NCBI GenBank assembly: GCA_964035545.1
Contig: OZ037773.1
Span: 7,593,751 to 7,657,750, forward strand
Reading direction: 5' to 3'
DNA length: 64,000 nucleotides
DNA from: Bugula neritina
Lineage: Eukaryota > Animalia > Bryozoa
In this document: positions 20,511 to 34,800 of the stretch, in pieces
How the letters are laid out: each line of letters starts with the position of its first letter
Numbering within the stretch: position 1 is the stretch's first letter
Position numbers and translations under genes: made by a program
The notes under the pieces: model-generated
Databases searched by the model: none
What the model was told of the DNA's origin: nothing
What the model saw: the letters and a program-made list of their open reading frames with translations, nothing else

Positions 20511-22245
20511 GGGGACGGAGCAATATTCCGAAGGCCCATTAGTCCGAAGGCCCATTAGTCCGAAGGTTCATTAGTCCGAAGGTCCATTAGTCCGAAAATT
20601 AGTAGACACATGATAGTAAAGAGCATCCTCACTGAGCATATCATTGATTTCACTCACAATCTAGTTTAAGTTCTTGTTATGTTAATGCTATGTGGGTGGC
20701 ATGCGTGTTGCCTACTTGCGATTGTTTAGCCTGAGATTACACTATGACCAGAAAACAGCTGCCTCAATTAGGGCTGCATCATCTATCAACATTCCATTAT
20801 GGCTGCTTTATAAACAAAGTACACAGCAAGCTATTCACTAGCCTGTTAGCTAGCAAGCCTGTAATTAGTATGTACACATCAGTATCTTCTCATCTCTAAG
20901 TGTTCACTGAAGCATGAAGTGCTGCGCAATGATGATAACTTATGAAAAAAATTTACTAGCATTTAATTAGTATTACTTATTTTACAGCTAGTGTAAAAAT
21001 GACAGGGGACTGCAATTCTATTCCAGCTACAGTCAGTCACCTTATATAGGCCCTTAATGTTGACTATTTAAAAACTGAGAAACTAAAGTAAAAACATGAA
21101 ACCAGTAAAATTAAAGCTAAGCAAACATTTTGTGTCTACTGTACTGTATTTATGACGAGCTTGGTAAAAAAATTACCGGGCACCTCATAACTTATAAAAA
21201 AAAGGTTGCATTTGAAGTTAGCGTCAAAAAAATAATGGTTTGTTTTAGAATTTTGCTATTGAATGTAATAGTAAATCTCTGGCTTGGTAGTTATTTATTT
21301 GGTATCACATTCAATCTCTTTAATTATCTGTAAGCTGCTAAGCTGCATTATTATATTAATTAAATTATGCATATATCTATTTCAATTAAAAATATCTCTT
21401 TGTAATTAAAAATATCTTTAATTAGGGATATCTGTAAAAATGCATTGAAGACTAAAAATTATAAACATCCTGGACACTACTCTAAAATCAAATAAACAAA
21501 GCTGCACACCATAATATACCAAACCAAACAAATCCACAAGATATGTTGATAAGGGCAACCTTCTAGCTGTAACTGCCTGGCTGGGGCCACACTATTGGTA
21601 TATAAGAATTCAGTCCAGCCAAATAAAACCTCACCTAATTGTGCTATAGAATCGAAATTTAAAAACCATGTTGTAGATCTTTCTGTTCCTCAAAGCAACT
21701 TTTTTGAAATTTTCAATAGCTTTTATAGATTTTCTATAAAATATAAGTGATTAATACACTACAAATATGATTTTTTTTTCCTAAGTTATCATCATTGCGC
21801 AGCACTTTATGCTTCAGTGAACACTTAGAGATGAGAAGATACTAATGTGTACATACTAATTACAGGCTTGCTAGCTAACAGGCTAGTGAATAGCTTGCTG
21901 TGTACTTTGTTTATAAAGCAGCCATAATGGAATGTTGATAGATGATGCAGCCCTAATTGAGGCAGCTGTTTTCTGGTCATAGTGTAATCTCAGGCTAAAC
22001 AATCGCAAGTAGGCAACACGCATGCCACCCACATAGCATTAACATAACAAGAACTTAAACTAGATTGTGAGTGAAATCAATGATATGCTCAGTGAGGATG
22101 CTCTTTACTATCATGTGTCTACTAATTTTCGGACTAATGGACCTTCGGACTAATGGACCTTCGGACTAATGGACCTTCGGACTAATGGACCTTCGGACTA
22201 ATGGGCCTTCGGACTAATGGGCCTTCGGAATATTGACTAGTCACC
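20511..22245. mobile_element. Non-autonomous Mutator/foldback-like element
   Basis: About 440-470-bp TIRs (20511-20950 vs 21771-22245) with tandem 16-bp subterminal repeats (tccgaaggcccattag); perfect 9-bp TSD gagttgggt (20502-20510, 22246-22254). Confidence 0.9.
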
Positions 22246-25200
22246 GAGTTGGGTGAGTACTGAATTGGATAGGGATCTGTAAGTTGAAGGTGATATTAAA
22301 TTTTGTCTCAAACTGTAAATATCTTCTTTCTTGAATGTATATATATCCTCTCAGTTTGTTTCACATTTTTCAGTGTACAAACTTTATACTAAATTTTGTT
22401 CTAAAGTATTTTATTGACAACAGAGTTTGATAAGACATCTTTTTTGTAGTTGTTGAGCTTCGCACCCGTTGATGCACCTACTTAGTATAGACAGATTTCA
22501 AAGGAGAGCTTTTTTATCACTGACCCGTGAAATAACATCACAGGCCTCTGAATATAAAAACTAAGTAAGTTATTATTTCATTTAAAGTCAAAAGTAAAAA
22601 AGCTTCAAAACTTTAGGCTTTTAGATTATCTAACAGAGAAGCTGTGATTATCTTAGAGCTTGATAGCTCCTCCTCAGTCTTCTGATGGGCTACATAATAA
22701 CAATAGTGTGAATGATAATAACTCCGGTCACTCTTGGCAAATTGAATAGCAGACGCAGTTTCTATTGTAGCATTGAACAAAGGACCTATCGACATAGAGT
22801 TATAATTCTAGTGTGGCATTGTACACTAAGTACACGTTCTTAGCTTACAGCTATCAATTTTATGATCTCAGCTGGTCCTGGTTAGTCATTGAAGGTTTAG
22901 TCCATATACAGTGCAGGTTAGTACTTTAAGCTTTTACAGAACACATACAACTAGAAAAAGTACATTATAAGAACACAGCTGATATGAAGTGTCACCAAAT
23001 TTTCAGTCATTTCAGTCCAGTTTAAATTAGAGATGGTCATATCATTTTGCTCATCACAATTACTAACATTTACTAGCTAAGTGAATTTTCTGGCAAATAC
23101 TATGATTCATAATTGTTGATTGTATTTGTAATTATCTATATTGGCTGTTTTTGAAATTTGGCTTCACAATCAACTGTCTAAAACTGGATGATTTTCTACC
23201 AAAATGAAAGTGTAAGCTGTAAGCTATAAGCCAGAACTGTAGCATATTTTCTACTAATGTCATGTTATCAAAAAGAGGTGACAAAGTTTTGCATGGGTTA
23301 TTCCGATTTCAAAAATAATCAGTCTTATAGAATTAGAAAGGGTTAGTTTAAGACAGCCTTAGCTCTATAGAATTTACTAGTTTGAGATAGCTTTAGTTCT
23401 ATAAAATATATTAGTTTCAAAAAAGGATCAAAGTGACATGAAACAATTTTGAAAATAGAAGCAGAAGTAGGAATGATTTTCTAGACACAAAAATGATATT
23501 GAGTCTTTCAATGATTGGAAACTATATGAATTTCTTCTGTTCGTACACTAGCTTCCGGCCTATTGGGTGCTTAAGTGTGTTATGTGGAACTGTCACCTAC
23601 GATTATTGTATACATATACACTATAAATCTAGTTTTATTTCTAATATAATCAGCTGAGCCATACTGCAAACATATTATTGGCTATCCAATCACCATCCAA
23701 CCCCTGCAGTGGCTAATCCAGACATCAATACTCAAATACCCTGAAGGGCTGTGCCCCCATTTTGGTGCAGTAGTGGAGAAAGTTAACAACTTGTGGTTTG
23801 AGGCACAGGTTAAAATTTTAGTAAGAACATAACTTCTTTCGCTACATCTTTATTATATAAAAGCACAGGCTTTTTTCAATTACTGCATTACTGCATTTAA
23901 TAATTATTTCTGTGCTTATCATCATGCTGGCAACATAGCTTGAGACTTCCTGCTTGTTGTACAGGGCAATTGCAGTTAGATGCCATTTCTGATATCACCA
24001 ATGGTCCTGCCGGGATTTGAACCCAATGAATTAAAAGTTCCTCGTGGTTCAATGTTTGAATTTATAGTCAATGATATAAACAGTGGACCACTGCTGCTCT
24101 ATAAATCAATATAGATGCATGAGTCACATGTTAGTAATAGATGAGTTGTAGATATATCCAATCTTTCCTAGCTGCAGGGAGTAAGATAGCTAGTTTACTA
24201 ACATAACCTACTAGTGTCACACAGTCAATATTCATTATTTGTATCAAACTACTGCACAAAGCCATTGATTCAGAGTACTAAACAATAGTGGTAGAGGCTG
24301 TGCTTGCTATAAATACATACACATAGCAGCTATTCTAAAGTGCGACTAGCTGAAGCAGGAGTAGATTTCGAAAATCATCTGTGGTGCTCAAGAGTTTATT
24401 GTAAAGGCAAGTAGTTATTCTGCTTTTCAAGTTCTAACTCAGTACTAGCTTGGCACAAGCAATTAGGTATATTTAGTTTATAGCGATATTGGTTATAGAG
24501 TCATGCTACTTTTTTGAAAGAATTGCTCTACTAGCAACTCAGAGTTAGAGGGGTGAGTGACTAAGCACAATAGCTTGAGATTCTGGAGTTTAAAGCTGGG
24601 GATTGAGGTTGGAACTTGAAACCCCCAACTCCAAACTCAAGAATCCCAAATTATTGCATTCAATTACCCCTATCATGGAAATGTTTATAAAATGATTCTT
24701 TAGGAAAGAAACGTGTGTTCTAGATAAAAATTCAGGAAAAAGTTGATATTTAGTAGAAATTTCAAAAGCTGTTCAAAAAAAATTATTGGGAAAATTAAAA
24801 CTATTAAATTTCTCAATTATTGCAGCTGAGAGCTATTTTTGTTATTTGTTTGTATCTTTTTATGCGGCAGTCTGTACCCCACCCTAGGCAAACCCAATAT
24901 CAAGAGACTTTCATTTGAGCTTTTGTAGTAATTGAAATTGTAAACTTACAGGTAGTTTAGTTAAATTAACAACTTCAGCTATAAAATAGTTAAATCAATT
25001 TTTTTTAAACCATAGTCAAAAGCCAAAAGTAATTTTATTTTGTAAATGTTTTATACCTTATTGTGCAACCTAACCGTTTTAGAGTTTCAAGCCATATAAC
25101 ATCACATTTAGACTTGGCTTTTATTTACTTTTGATATTTTAATTGCTTCTGAAAAATGCTATGTAAGGGAATTACTCATTTTAAGCAACTTGAATTCACC

Positions 25201-25553
25201 ACACTGTAGAGCTGTAGCATCTTTTGAAGCACAACTAGTCTTTGCAATTGATGTTTGTAAGTTGAGAAAAAATAAGTTTAGGTGATTTATTGATCATTGT
25301 GTAGTTTGTTATATGTAGTGAAATAGTTGTGCCCCTTTACTTCAGGGAATGACGCTAACAAAAGAGGAATTTAAGTTGTCAAAATGTATAGCTAGGCTAG
25401 CCAAGTCAAATTTAACAGCTCAAATCAGATTTTTTCTTCACAAAATTTTCTTCAAGGATTTTTTATGAGTTTTTCTTCTCGATCTTCTTACTTGGACAGA
25501 GTAGCTACTATATGGTATGTATTCTTTCTAAAATTACTATAAAAACCTGACAC

Positions 25554-25696
25554 TAGTTTATAGTCACCATCCCTGATGAAAGGTGTTTTAAAGAGTGCTA
25601 AGGACTTATTCAGATGAGGCACAGGAGCATTTATGACTGACTGCTCTTCCTAGCATCACTAGTCCAGCGCTCTAACCGCTACACTACCATTGCTCC
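25554..25696 (-). mobile_element. SINE family A copy (reverse, internally deleted)
   Basis: Reverse complement of the shared body (ctaaggacttattcagatgaggcacaggagc..) and of the A-box region (ctctaaccgctacactacca). Confidence 0.7.
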
Positions 25697-27354
25697 AGTA
25701 ACTTCTAAAATTAGACAATTTTATAATATGATTATTGCCGTTAATTTATGCATTTGAGTGTATTTCATAGTAGACTATAGTGGCATATTAACTACAAGTA
25801 AAATACTTGTAAAACTCCTATATGTGGATACACATAATTATGGTAGCAGCTATTATAGAGAATAGGACTAAAGCCAAGCTGCTTGGTGGGGGCTTGTTAG
25901 CAGCAGACAGCATTATCAGTTGACTACTGTAGTATCATGGTAGCGTTGGTGTAACTCAAACAATTTAATTGATAATTTTTAAGGTCTGCAAACATACAAA
26001 CAATAGACAGACCAATATACAAAAATATGCACACCAAAAAGAAATAAGAAAGCTATCAACACAACTAAATATTTAATGCCTTTTATCAAGTTATAAATTT
26101 TAATTGGTCTAGTAAAACAACCATAGCCTGTTTTGGATTACAATTTTCTCTTACTGCCCACACTGCAAGACATCATCTCATATTATTGCAGCCAAAATTT
26201 GGTAAAGCTTTAACATTAGTTTGCATTTTACACCTTCTAATAACAAATAGCCAAGTTAGCTCACAATTCAGTTAAATTTACTAAAATACTTTAGCTAAAT
26301 TTTCAGGCATAATTTAAATGTGTTATTAAATGTACTTTATTCATGCTTACTAGTTTCATAAACTTTGACAGCTGCCGGGTGTTTATACATTCCCAATAGA
26401 AAAGTCTTAGTAGCAAGTGAAACCGAGGAACAACATGCAGCTAATCTACACTTGACAACCAATAAATAGAGTTTGTTTGTAACTAAATGCTTATATTAAG
26501 CAGCCAGCCCTAGTTTTAAATCTGAAAGCTATGGTGTGGAAGGTGATAACACTTTCAGTTGCTGTAGAACAAGGCATCATGTAAAAGCTTTCATCTATAC
26601 CCGTGAAGCAGAAAGTACACATTTCTCATTACAGTTCACTGAGGTATAGCTCATGCTAAAACCATGCAATCCAATGGGTTTAGCAAACTGATGAATTACA
26701 CAGAATATTACAAAGTTATAAGAAACTAATAGCCCGGTAGGCCTATGCTACAAAAAATGCTGCATAAAATGTTTCCTTATTATTTGTGAAGCAAATAATT
26801 TCATAATACACTAAAGATAGCAGCAAACAGAGTTTCAGAAGTTATCTAAAATACTCTTATATAGTTAAGTTCCAACTTTCAGGTTGAAAGTTTGGTTGCG
26901 TTGGTTTTAATTGCTGAAATACATTCAAATGTAAAGGCTATGAGAAAAATATTGGGAATGGAAAAGTTCTATTTCTCAGATCGGGCTTGAGACCTCCTAA
27001 CTAACGCCCCCAACTAGGAGCTGCTTATAAAACAACCGTTAGGAATGACTAGTTTAAACGCGTTGTAAATATTAGTCTTTAAATAAATTAGCATGTAAGA
27101 CCCTTAATTTTGCTCTTATCTTCAATGTCAAATGAAATAAGATTGTAAGCTTCATGAAGCAAGCTTTATTTACATAATTATTAGGGTAGGTATGCACTTG
27201 TAGGTAGCCGTAGGTAAATTAATAAGTAAATCAACTATAGAGTAAGTGTAAATGGCAGATAGTTTACTAGAAAAGTACTAACCTACCATTATATGTCTTC
27301 TGCAGGTGAAAGTTCTTTCTCTCCTGCTCACATTGAGACTTGCCAATACCTGTT

Positions 27355-30352
27355 ATGTCACCCTGTTCACTGAACAAACTACGAGCTTTCCCTTACAGGA
27401 AACCTGGTTCTGTGTTACTCTATGGAGTTCCCCTGGTTATCCTTTTATATATCTGTTGTAACCAAATATATTGGAAACATGATGGTAAATCAACTGTGCA
27501 TACATGTGAGTGTGTGTGTGCTTAGTGTGTGTGTGTGCTTTGGTGTGTGCTTAGTGTGTGCTTTGGTGTGTGTGTGTGTGCTTAATGTGTGCTTAATGTG
27601 TGTGTGTGCTTAGTGCTCAGTGCTTATTGCTTAGTGTGTGCCCAGTGTGTGTGCATGTGCACACTGTAGATGTATATGCGTGTAGATGGATTTCTAGTAT
27701 CTGCACGTACAATGCTGTAGAATGGTGGAACGACTTGAAGGGAAAACCCATGAGCGAATACTCATGGCCGTTAAATATAGATGCAGCTAAGTTGATGCAA
27801 GAATACAAGTCAGGGACACTCAGTATTCAGCCAATCACAGTGGACCAATCTTCTATCAGTCTATTCCCGTCTAGCAAATACTGTAAATGTAGGTATCAAC
27901 AAGCACTTGTAGCACCTGACACATATTGTAAATAACAAGCACTTGCAGCACCGGACACATACTGTAACTAACAAGCACTTGTAGCACCTGACACATACTG
28001 TAACTAACAAGCACTTGTAGCACCTGACACATACTGTAACTAACAAGCACTTGTAGCACCTGACACATACTGTAAATAACAAGCATTTGTAGCACCTGAC
28101 ACATACTGTAAATAACAAGCATTTGTAGCACCTGACACTGTAAATAACAAGTATTTATTGAAATATTCTACTTTTTAGCAACTTCCCTTCTGCTTAGCAA
28201 GCTGCACATCTAACAGATTATAACGCTTCTATATATTTTTATCTTAAATCAATTTATAATTGATACACATATACAGCTAGTCTAATAACTGTCCTAATAA
28301 AGACCAGAGTTGAAGACAGGCGTAACAGAGATTTACTGAGACAGACGTGGATAGAAGATCTGCACAAGTATAATCTGCAGCACAGTTTTCTACTCGGTTA
28401 GTTGTATTATTGCATGCCGGTAAATGTCCAATCATAAAATAATATAAGTTAGAAATTATTTTCTTCAGCATTTTCTTCTCTGCGCTAGTTGCTGCTTTAT
28501 AAATAAGAACTGTTTTATAAGTTGATGGACCTTTGTAGTAATATTTATAATTTGGATCTACCTTTGTAAGACGTTAGCTGTGTTGGTCTTGTAAATAAAC
28601 TAGTTTTCTAATATCAAACCAAAGCCAATATCAACAAGTGTTGGCAATTTTTAACTAGTTTTTCACTACCTAACTTTGATTTTTGTAAGAGCTAAGCTGA
28701 TAGCATGTTTTTTATGTATTCCATAACACTGACAGGTAAAGAGAATTTTTAGTAGGCTACATTTAATCAATGTTTGTAGGACACAGTCAATAAAATGGTC
28801 AGCTAATTTAATTGGCAGCAGCAAAGTTGAAAACTAAGTTTAAAAAATTGCTTTGAAAAATAAAATATATTTTAAAGCTGGCATGTTAATAATAATGTAC
28901 AAATAGTTTTGTTTTTGGTACAAGTGCAAAACATTCATCAAGTCTTCTGTATAGTCGTTCTACAATTTTCTTGTACACGTAGCTTCAGGCTAGAAAGACA
29001 GCTATAACTAAGTAAATTACCGTCTTTAAGTTAGCCTAATATCAAATCAATGGCTGCTTCATCCGTGATTGCTAACCACTTTTAGTTTAGGCCTTTGAAC
29101 TAACTATTGCAATTTTGCTTTTGCTTTGTCTTCCCAGTTGAAGTAACAGCATTCAAGTGTTTAGTTGCATGACTCAGGGACCTATATCTTTAAGTTTGTG
29201 TTTTTTTCAGGTCAGTGCAAGTCAGCAGAATGCAATAATACTTTAAAATTAGAGTTATCTGAACATGAAGATATTGTCCAAGGAGATTTCATTGATGCGT
29301 ATCTAAACAACACATTGAAGTTTAGAATGGGTCTGAAATATATAACTAATCATTGTGATAAGAGTGACTACGTGCTAATCATAGATGGAGACTACAGTCT
29401 CAATGTTAAAAGGTACATAGCTAGTAGTCTATTAATATGTTAGCTTCTAATCACATCTGTGCCTTGCCCTATTACTATTATAGATATTATTGAATTGGTT
29501 TTATATTGATTGCCTTTTATTTTTGCTAAATATTGTTTGGCTCTTCTAAATTTGTATAGTTTGCTAAACTTTGAGTATTTGAAATTAAAGAGGCATTAAT
29601 TAAAAATAACTTAGTTTTAGAGTTAACTAACCTATCTCACACTATTTACTGCAACAGAGTAAGTCATACCAAGTCAAATAAAAGTAAGCAATAAAATGAT
29701 GTCAAAAGAAATTAGGACAAAAAGGCAGCTAAATAAAATAAATTTAATTTTAGCAAGAGGTGTTTTAATTTCATTGCTGCTAAAAGTATGTTTGACGCTA
29801 GCAACTTTTAAGAGCAGAACACTTATTCAAAAACTTATCAGAAAAAGTAAAATCTAAAAGAAGACGTAAATGGTAATAGCATTCAATACCACTTAATTGA
29901 AAAAGTTGATTGACCAGTATAGACAGCGACTGCAACTTTTGTGGTTAACAGGTTGCAACTTCAGAAAAATTTGAAGTTTTTCCAAAATTGTTTAGAAATT
30001 CCACAAAAATATTGAAAGACTGCAAACTTTATTCAACTTTGTATTCTTGGTTGACTACTACAACTAAATGTAAAGTAATTAGATGGTTTTAAAAATGACT
30101 AAAACACCTAAATTACTATTTTTGTGAACTGTCTTTTGTTAAATTATGTTGTCTCTATTTTTTAAATTTGCTGCCCGCAATATGGCAAAGAGAACAGACA
30201 AACAAGATGAGTGCAGTTATCATAAAAAAAGAACTAGTGCTTTTAATTTGTATTGTAATATTATAAATATTTGTTGTCATCATGATATATATATAATAAT
30301 TTATCACATGAGAACACACTCGCGCGCACACACTCACACACACACACACACA

Positions 30353-30389
<37 letters not shown>

Positions 30390-30419
30390 ACCTACTCACA
30401 CACACTCGCACACACTCAC

Positions 30420-30453
<34 letters not shown>

Positions 30454-30478
30454 ACACTCACACACACTCACACACACT

Positions 30479-30509
<31 letters not shown>

Positions 30510-30540
30510 ACACACACACACACACTCACACACACACACA

Positions 30541-30581
<41 letters not shown>

Positions 30582-30596
30582 ACACACACACACACA

Positions 30597-30685
<89 letters not shown>

Positions 30686-31381
30686 GATGTACCATCACGA
30701 TTCCAATATATTTGATTACAAGACAGGGTCATGTAATGTATAGTAATATATACTTTAAATCACATTATGTAGGCTAGTGGAGTACCTTGAAGAGATAGCA
30801 TACCCTCAGGACCTGTATGCTGGAAGAGTCTGGTCAGATTCTCGACCCTTCCGAGATCCAAACCAATCACACTACATGAGTTTTGAGTTTTACCCCTACA
30901 GGCGTCTTCCCCCATTTATTGCTGCCGGTGCTAGCCTCATTTCAGCTTCTGTTGCTGAATCTTTAAACATCGTTGGGCAGTTTACCAAGTATCTTCCATT
31001 TGACGATGTTTTCTATGGTTAGTAGTAAGCGATATCTACTTGCAGTGCACAAATATTCTTGTTATTTGCTACCTCTGTCAGATTATTGAGTTTGACTGTT
31101 TATTTACAGCTGATTGTAGCAGTTGACAATTACTATTTACTCATTTCTTTTTAATAAATGTGACTTTTTATTTTTGCTAAAAATTATTGCAGATTTACAT
31201 GTTATTTACAGGTATGGTGGCTAAAAAACTGAATTTAGAGCTAACTGATTTAACCCATCTTTTGCCGTCATACTTTGTGCCAAGTGTCACCGCAGCCCAC
31301 ATTCACAAGTCACTTATTGGCTCACACCGATACGGCAACCTTACTGAAATACGACTCATTCACAAATATATACACTCCTGA
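27355..31381 (+). CDS. brn: GT31 beta-1,3-glycosyltransferase, brainiac/bre-5-like, copy 1 (about 361 aa)
   Basis: Exons 27355-27484, 27670-27888, 28277-28396, 29211-29412, 30773-31017, 31212-31381; 1086 nt in frame. N-terminal TM; RQTW, GDFIDAYLNNTLK, IIDGDY (DxD), LPPFIAAGA, FDDVFYGMVA and SHRYG motifs resemble brainiac (DAYFNNTLK, WPPYVTAGA, FDDVYLGIVA). Confidence 0.88.
27898..28152. repeat. 36-bp minisatellite (about 7 copies) in intron 2 of GT31 copy 1
   Basis: Unit aacaagcacttgtagcacctgacacatactgtaact; about 3 copies at the paralogous site 43446-43556. Confidence 0.92.
30312..30682. repeat. (CA)n microsatellite
   Basis: Direct reading; intron 4 of GT31 copy 1. Confidence 0.95.
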
Positions 31382-31867
31382 GCTAGACTCTATACATGTG
31401 CATAAATCTCCGGTGTATTATATACCACAACTAGTCTCTCACATTACAGTATTGGCTTTGTATAGTTGTAAAATGTGCTGAACACAGAGTGGTTTTATCT
31501 TAACTCACCTACTTTCATAACATATTTATGCAGTTTATTTAAATTGAGTTTTATTTAAATACTCAAATCTTTGTTACGAAAGATACTCAATACTAAATCA
31601 GCAGCTAAATGAAAGATTTTACATCTTCAAAATTTCAAGGTCTTTGCTGTACAATGAATCCATGTTTGGTGCATAATTTTCTGCAGTGCTATTTTTACTT
31701 TACCAAAGACTGTTTACTGATGGCAACTATACGGTTGTTTGCCCGTGTATTTTTTATAATCTAGCTGGTTTCTGGGCAAATGATAAAATTTAGGAAAAAA
31801 ATAAAAACCGTTTTTTACTTAAAACAATTAACATTCTTTATCATATATATTTTCATAAATGATTAAT

Positions 31868-34800
31868 TGATGTACTATACAGAGTAATGTAATATACAGA
31901 GTAATATAATATATAGAGTAATGTAATATACAGAGTAATGTAATATACAGAGTAATATAATATACAGAGTAATATAATATACAGAGTAATATAATATACA
32001 GAGTAATGTAATATACAGAGTAATATAATATACAGAGTGATGTAATATACAGAGTAATATAATATACAGAGTAATGTAATATACAGAGTAATGTAATATA
32101 CAGAGTAATGTAATATACAGAGTAATGTAATATACAGAGTAATATAATATATAGAGTAATGTAATATACAGAGTAATGTAATATACAGAGTAATATAATA
32201 TACAGAGTAATATAATATACAGAGTAATATAATATACAGAGTAATGTAATATACAGAGTAATGTAATATACAGAGTAATGTAATATACAGAGTAATATAA
32301 TATACAGAGTGATGTAATATACAGAGTAATATAATATATAGAGTAATGTAATATACAGAGTAATGTAATATACAGAGTAATATAATATACAGAGTAATAT
32401 AATATACAGAGTAATATAATATACAGAGTAATATAATATACAGAGTAATGTAATATACAGAGTAATGTAATATACAGAGTAATGTAATATACAGAGTAAT
32501 ATAATATACAGAGTAATATAATATACAGAGTAATATAATATACAGAATAATGTAATATACAGAGTAATATAATATACAGAGTAATATAATATATAGAGTA
32601 ATGTAATATACAGAGTAATGTAATATACAGAGTAATGTAATATACAGAGTAATGTAATATACAGAATAATGTAATATACAGAGTAATGTAATATACAGAG
32701 TAATTTAATATACAGAGTAATGTAATATACAGAATAATGTAATATACAGAGTAATGTAATATATAGAGTAATGTAATATACAGAGTGATGTAATATACAG
32801 AGTGATGTAATATACAGAGTAATGTAATATACAGAGTAATGTAATATACAGAGTAATGTAATATACAGAGTAATATAATATACAGAGTAATATAATATAT
32901 AGAGTAATGTAATATACAGAGTAATATAATATACAGAGTAATGTAATATACAGAGTGATGTAATATACAGAGTAATATAATATACAGAGTAATATAATAT
33001 ACAGAGTAATGTAATATACAGAGTAATGTAATATACAGAGTAATATAATATACAGAGTAATATAATATATAGAGTAATGTAATATACAGAGTAATTTAAT
33101 ATACAGAGTAATGTAATATACAGAGTAATATAATATACAGAGTAATATAATATATAGAGTAATGTAATATATAGAGTAATGTAATATACAGAGTGATGTA
33201 ATATACAGAGTAATATAATATACAGAGTAATGTAATATACAGAGTAATGTAATATACAGAATAATGTAATATACAGAGTAATATAATGTACAGAGTAATA
33301 TAATATACAGAGTAATGTAATATATAGAGTAATGTAATATACAGAGTAATATAATATATAGAGTAATGTAATATACAGAGTAATGTACTATACAGAGTAA
33401 TGTAATATACAGAGTAATGTAATATACAGAGTAATGTAATATACAGAATAATGTAATATACAGAGTAATATAATGTACAGAGTAATATAATATACAGAGT
33501 AATGTAATATATAGAGTAATGTAATATACAGAGTAATATAATATATAGAGTAATGTAATATACAGAGTAATGTACTATACAGAGTAATGTAATATACAGA
33601 GTGATGTAATATACAGAGTAATATAATATACAGAGTAATATAATATACAGAGTAATATAATATACAGAGTAATGTAATATATAGAGTAATGTAATATACA
33701 GAGTAATATAATATACAGAGTAATATAATGTACAGAGTAATATAATGTACAGAGTAATATAATATACAGAGTAATGTAATATATAGAGTAATGTAATATA
33801 CAGAGTAATATAATATACAGAGTAATGTAATATACAGAGTAATGTAATATACAGAGTAATGTAATATACAGAGTAATGTAATATACAGAGTAATGTAATA
33901 TACAGAGTACTATAATATACAGAGTAATGTAATATATAGAGTAATGTAATATACAGAATAATGTAATATACAGAGTAATATAATGTACAGAGTAATATAA
34001 TATACAGAGTAATGTAATATATAGAGTAATGTAATATACAGAGTAATATAATATATAGAGTAATGTAATATACAGAGTAATGTACTATACAGAGTAATGT
34101 AATATACAGAGTGATGTAATATACAGAGTAATGTAATATACAGAGTAATATAATATATAGAGTAATATAATATATAGAGTAATGTAATATACAGAATAAT
34201 GTAATATACAGAGTGATGTAATATACAGAGTAATGTAATATACAGAGTAATGTAATATACAGAATAATGTAATATACAGAGTAATGTAATATACAGAGTA
34301 ATATAATATACAGAGTAATGTAATATACAGAGTGATGTAATATACAGAGTAATGTAATATACAGAGTAATATAATATATAGAGTAATATAATATATAGAG
34401 TAATGTAATATACAGAATAATGTAATATACAGAGTGATGTAATATACAGAGTAATGTAATATACAGAGTAATGTAATATACAGAATAATGTAATATACAG
34501 AGTAATGTAATATACAGAGTAATATAATATACAGAGTAATATAATATACAGAGTGATGTAATATACAGAGTAATATAATATACAGAGTGATGTAATATAC
34601 AGAGTAATGTAATATACAGAATAATGTAATATACAGAGTGATGTAATATACAGAGTAATGTAATATACAGAGTAATATAATATATAGAGTAATGTAATAT
34701 ACAGAGTAATATAATGTACAGAGTGATGTAATATACAGAGTAATGTAATATACAGAGTAATATAATATACAGAGTGATGTAATATACAGAGTAATGTAAT

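Larger units (their letters stand above)
22757..31460 (+). repeat. Segmental duplication unit A (paralogous to about 38786-46490)
   Basis: 22757-23154 matches 38786-39184; 27259-31460 matches 42851-46490 including introns. Confidence 0.88.

Noticed and set aside
22613-22795. ORF as first exon of the death-domain gene
   Set aside because: No convincing in-phase donor and no recognisable motif.
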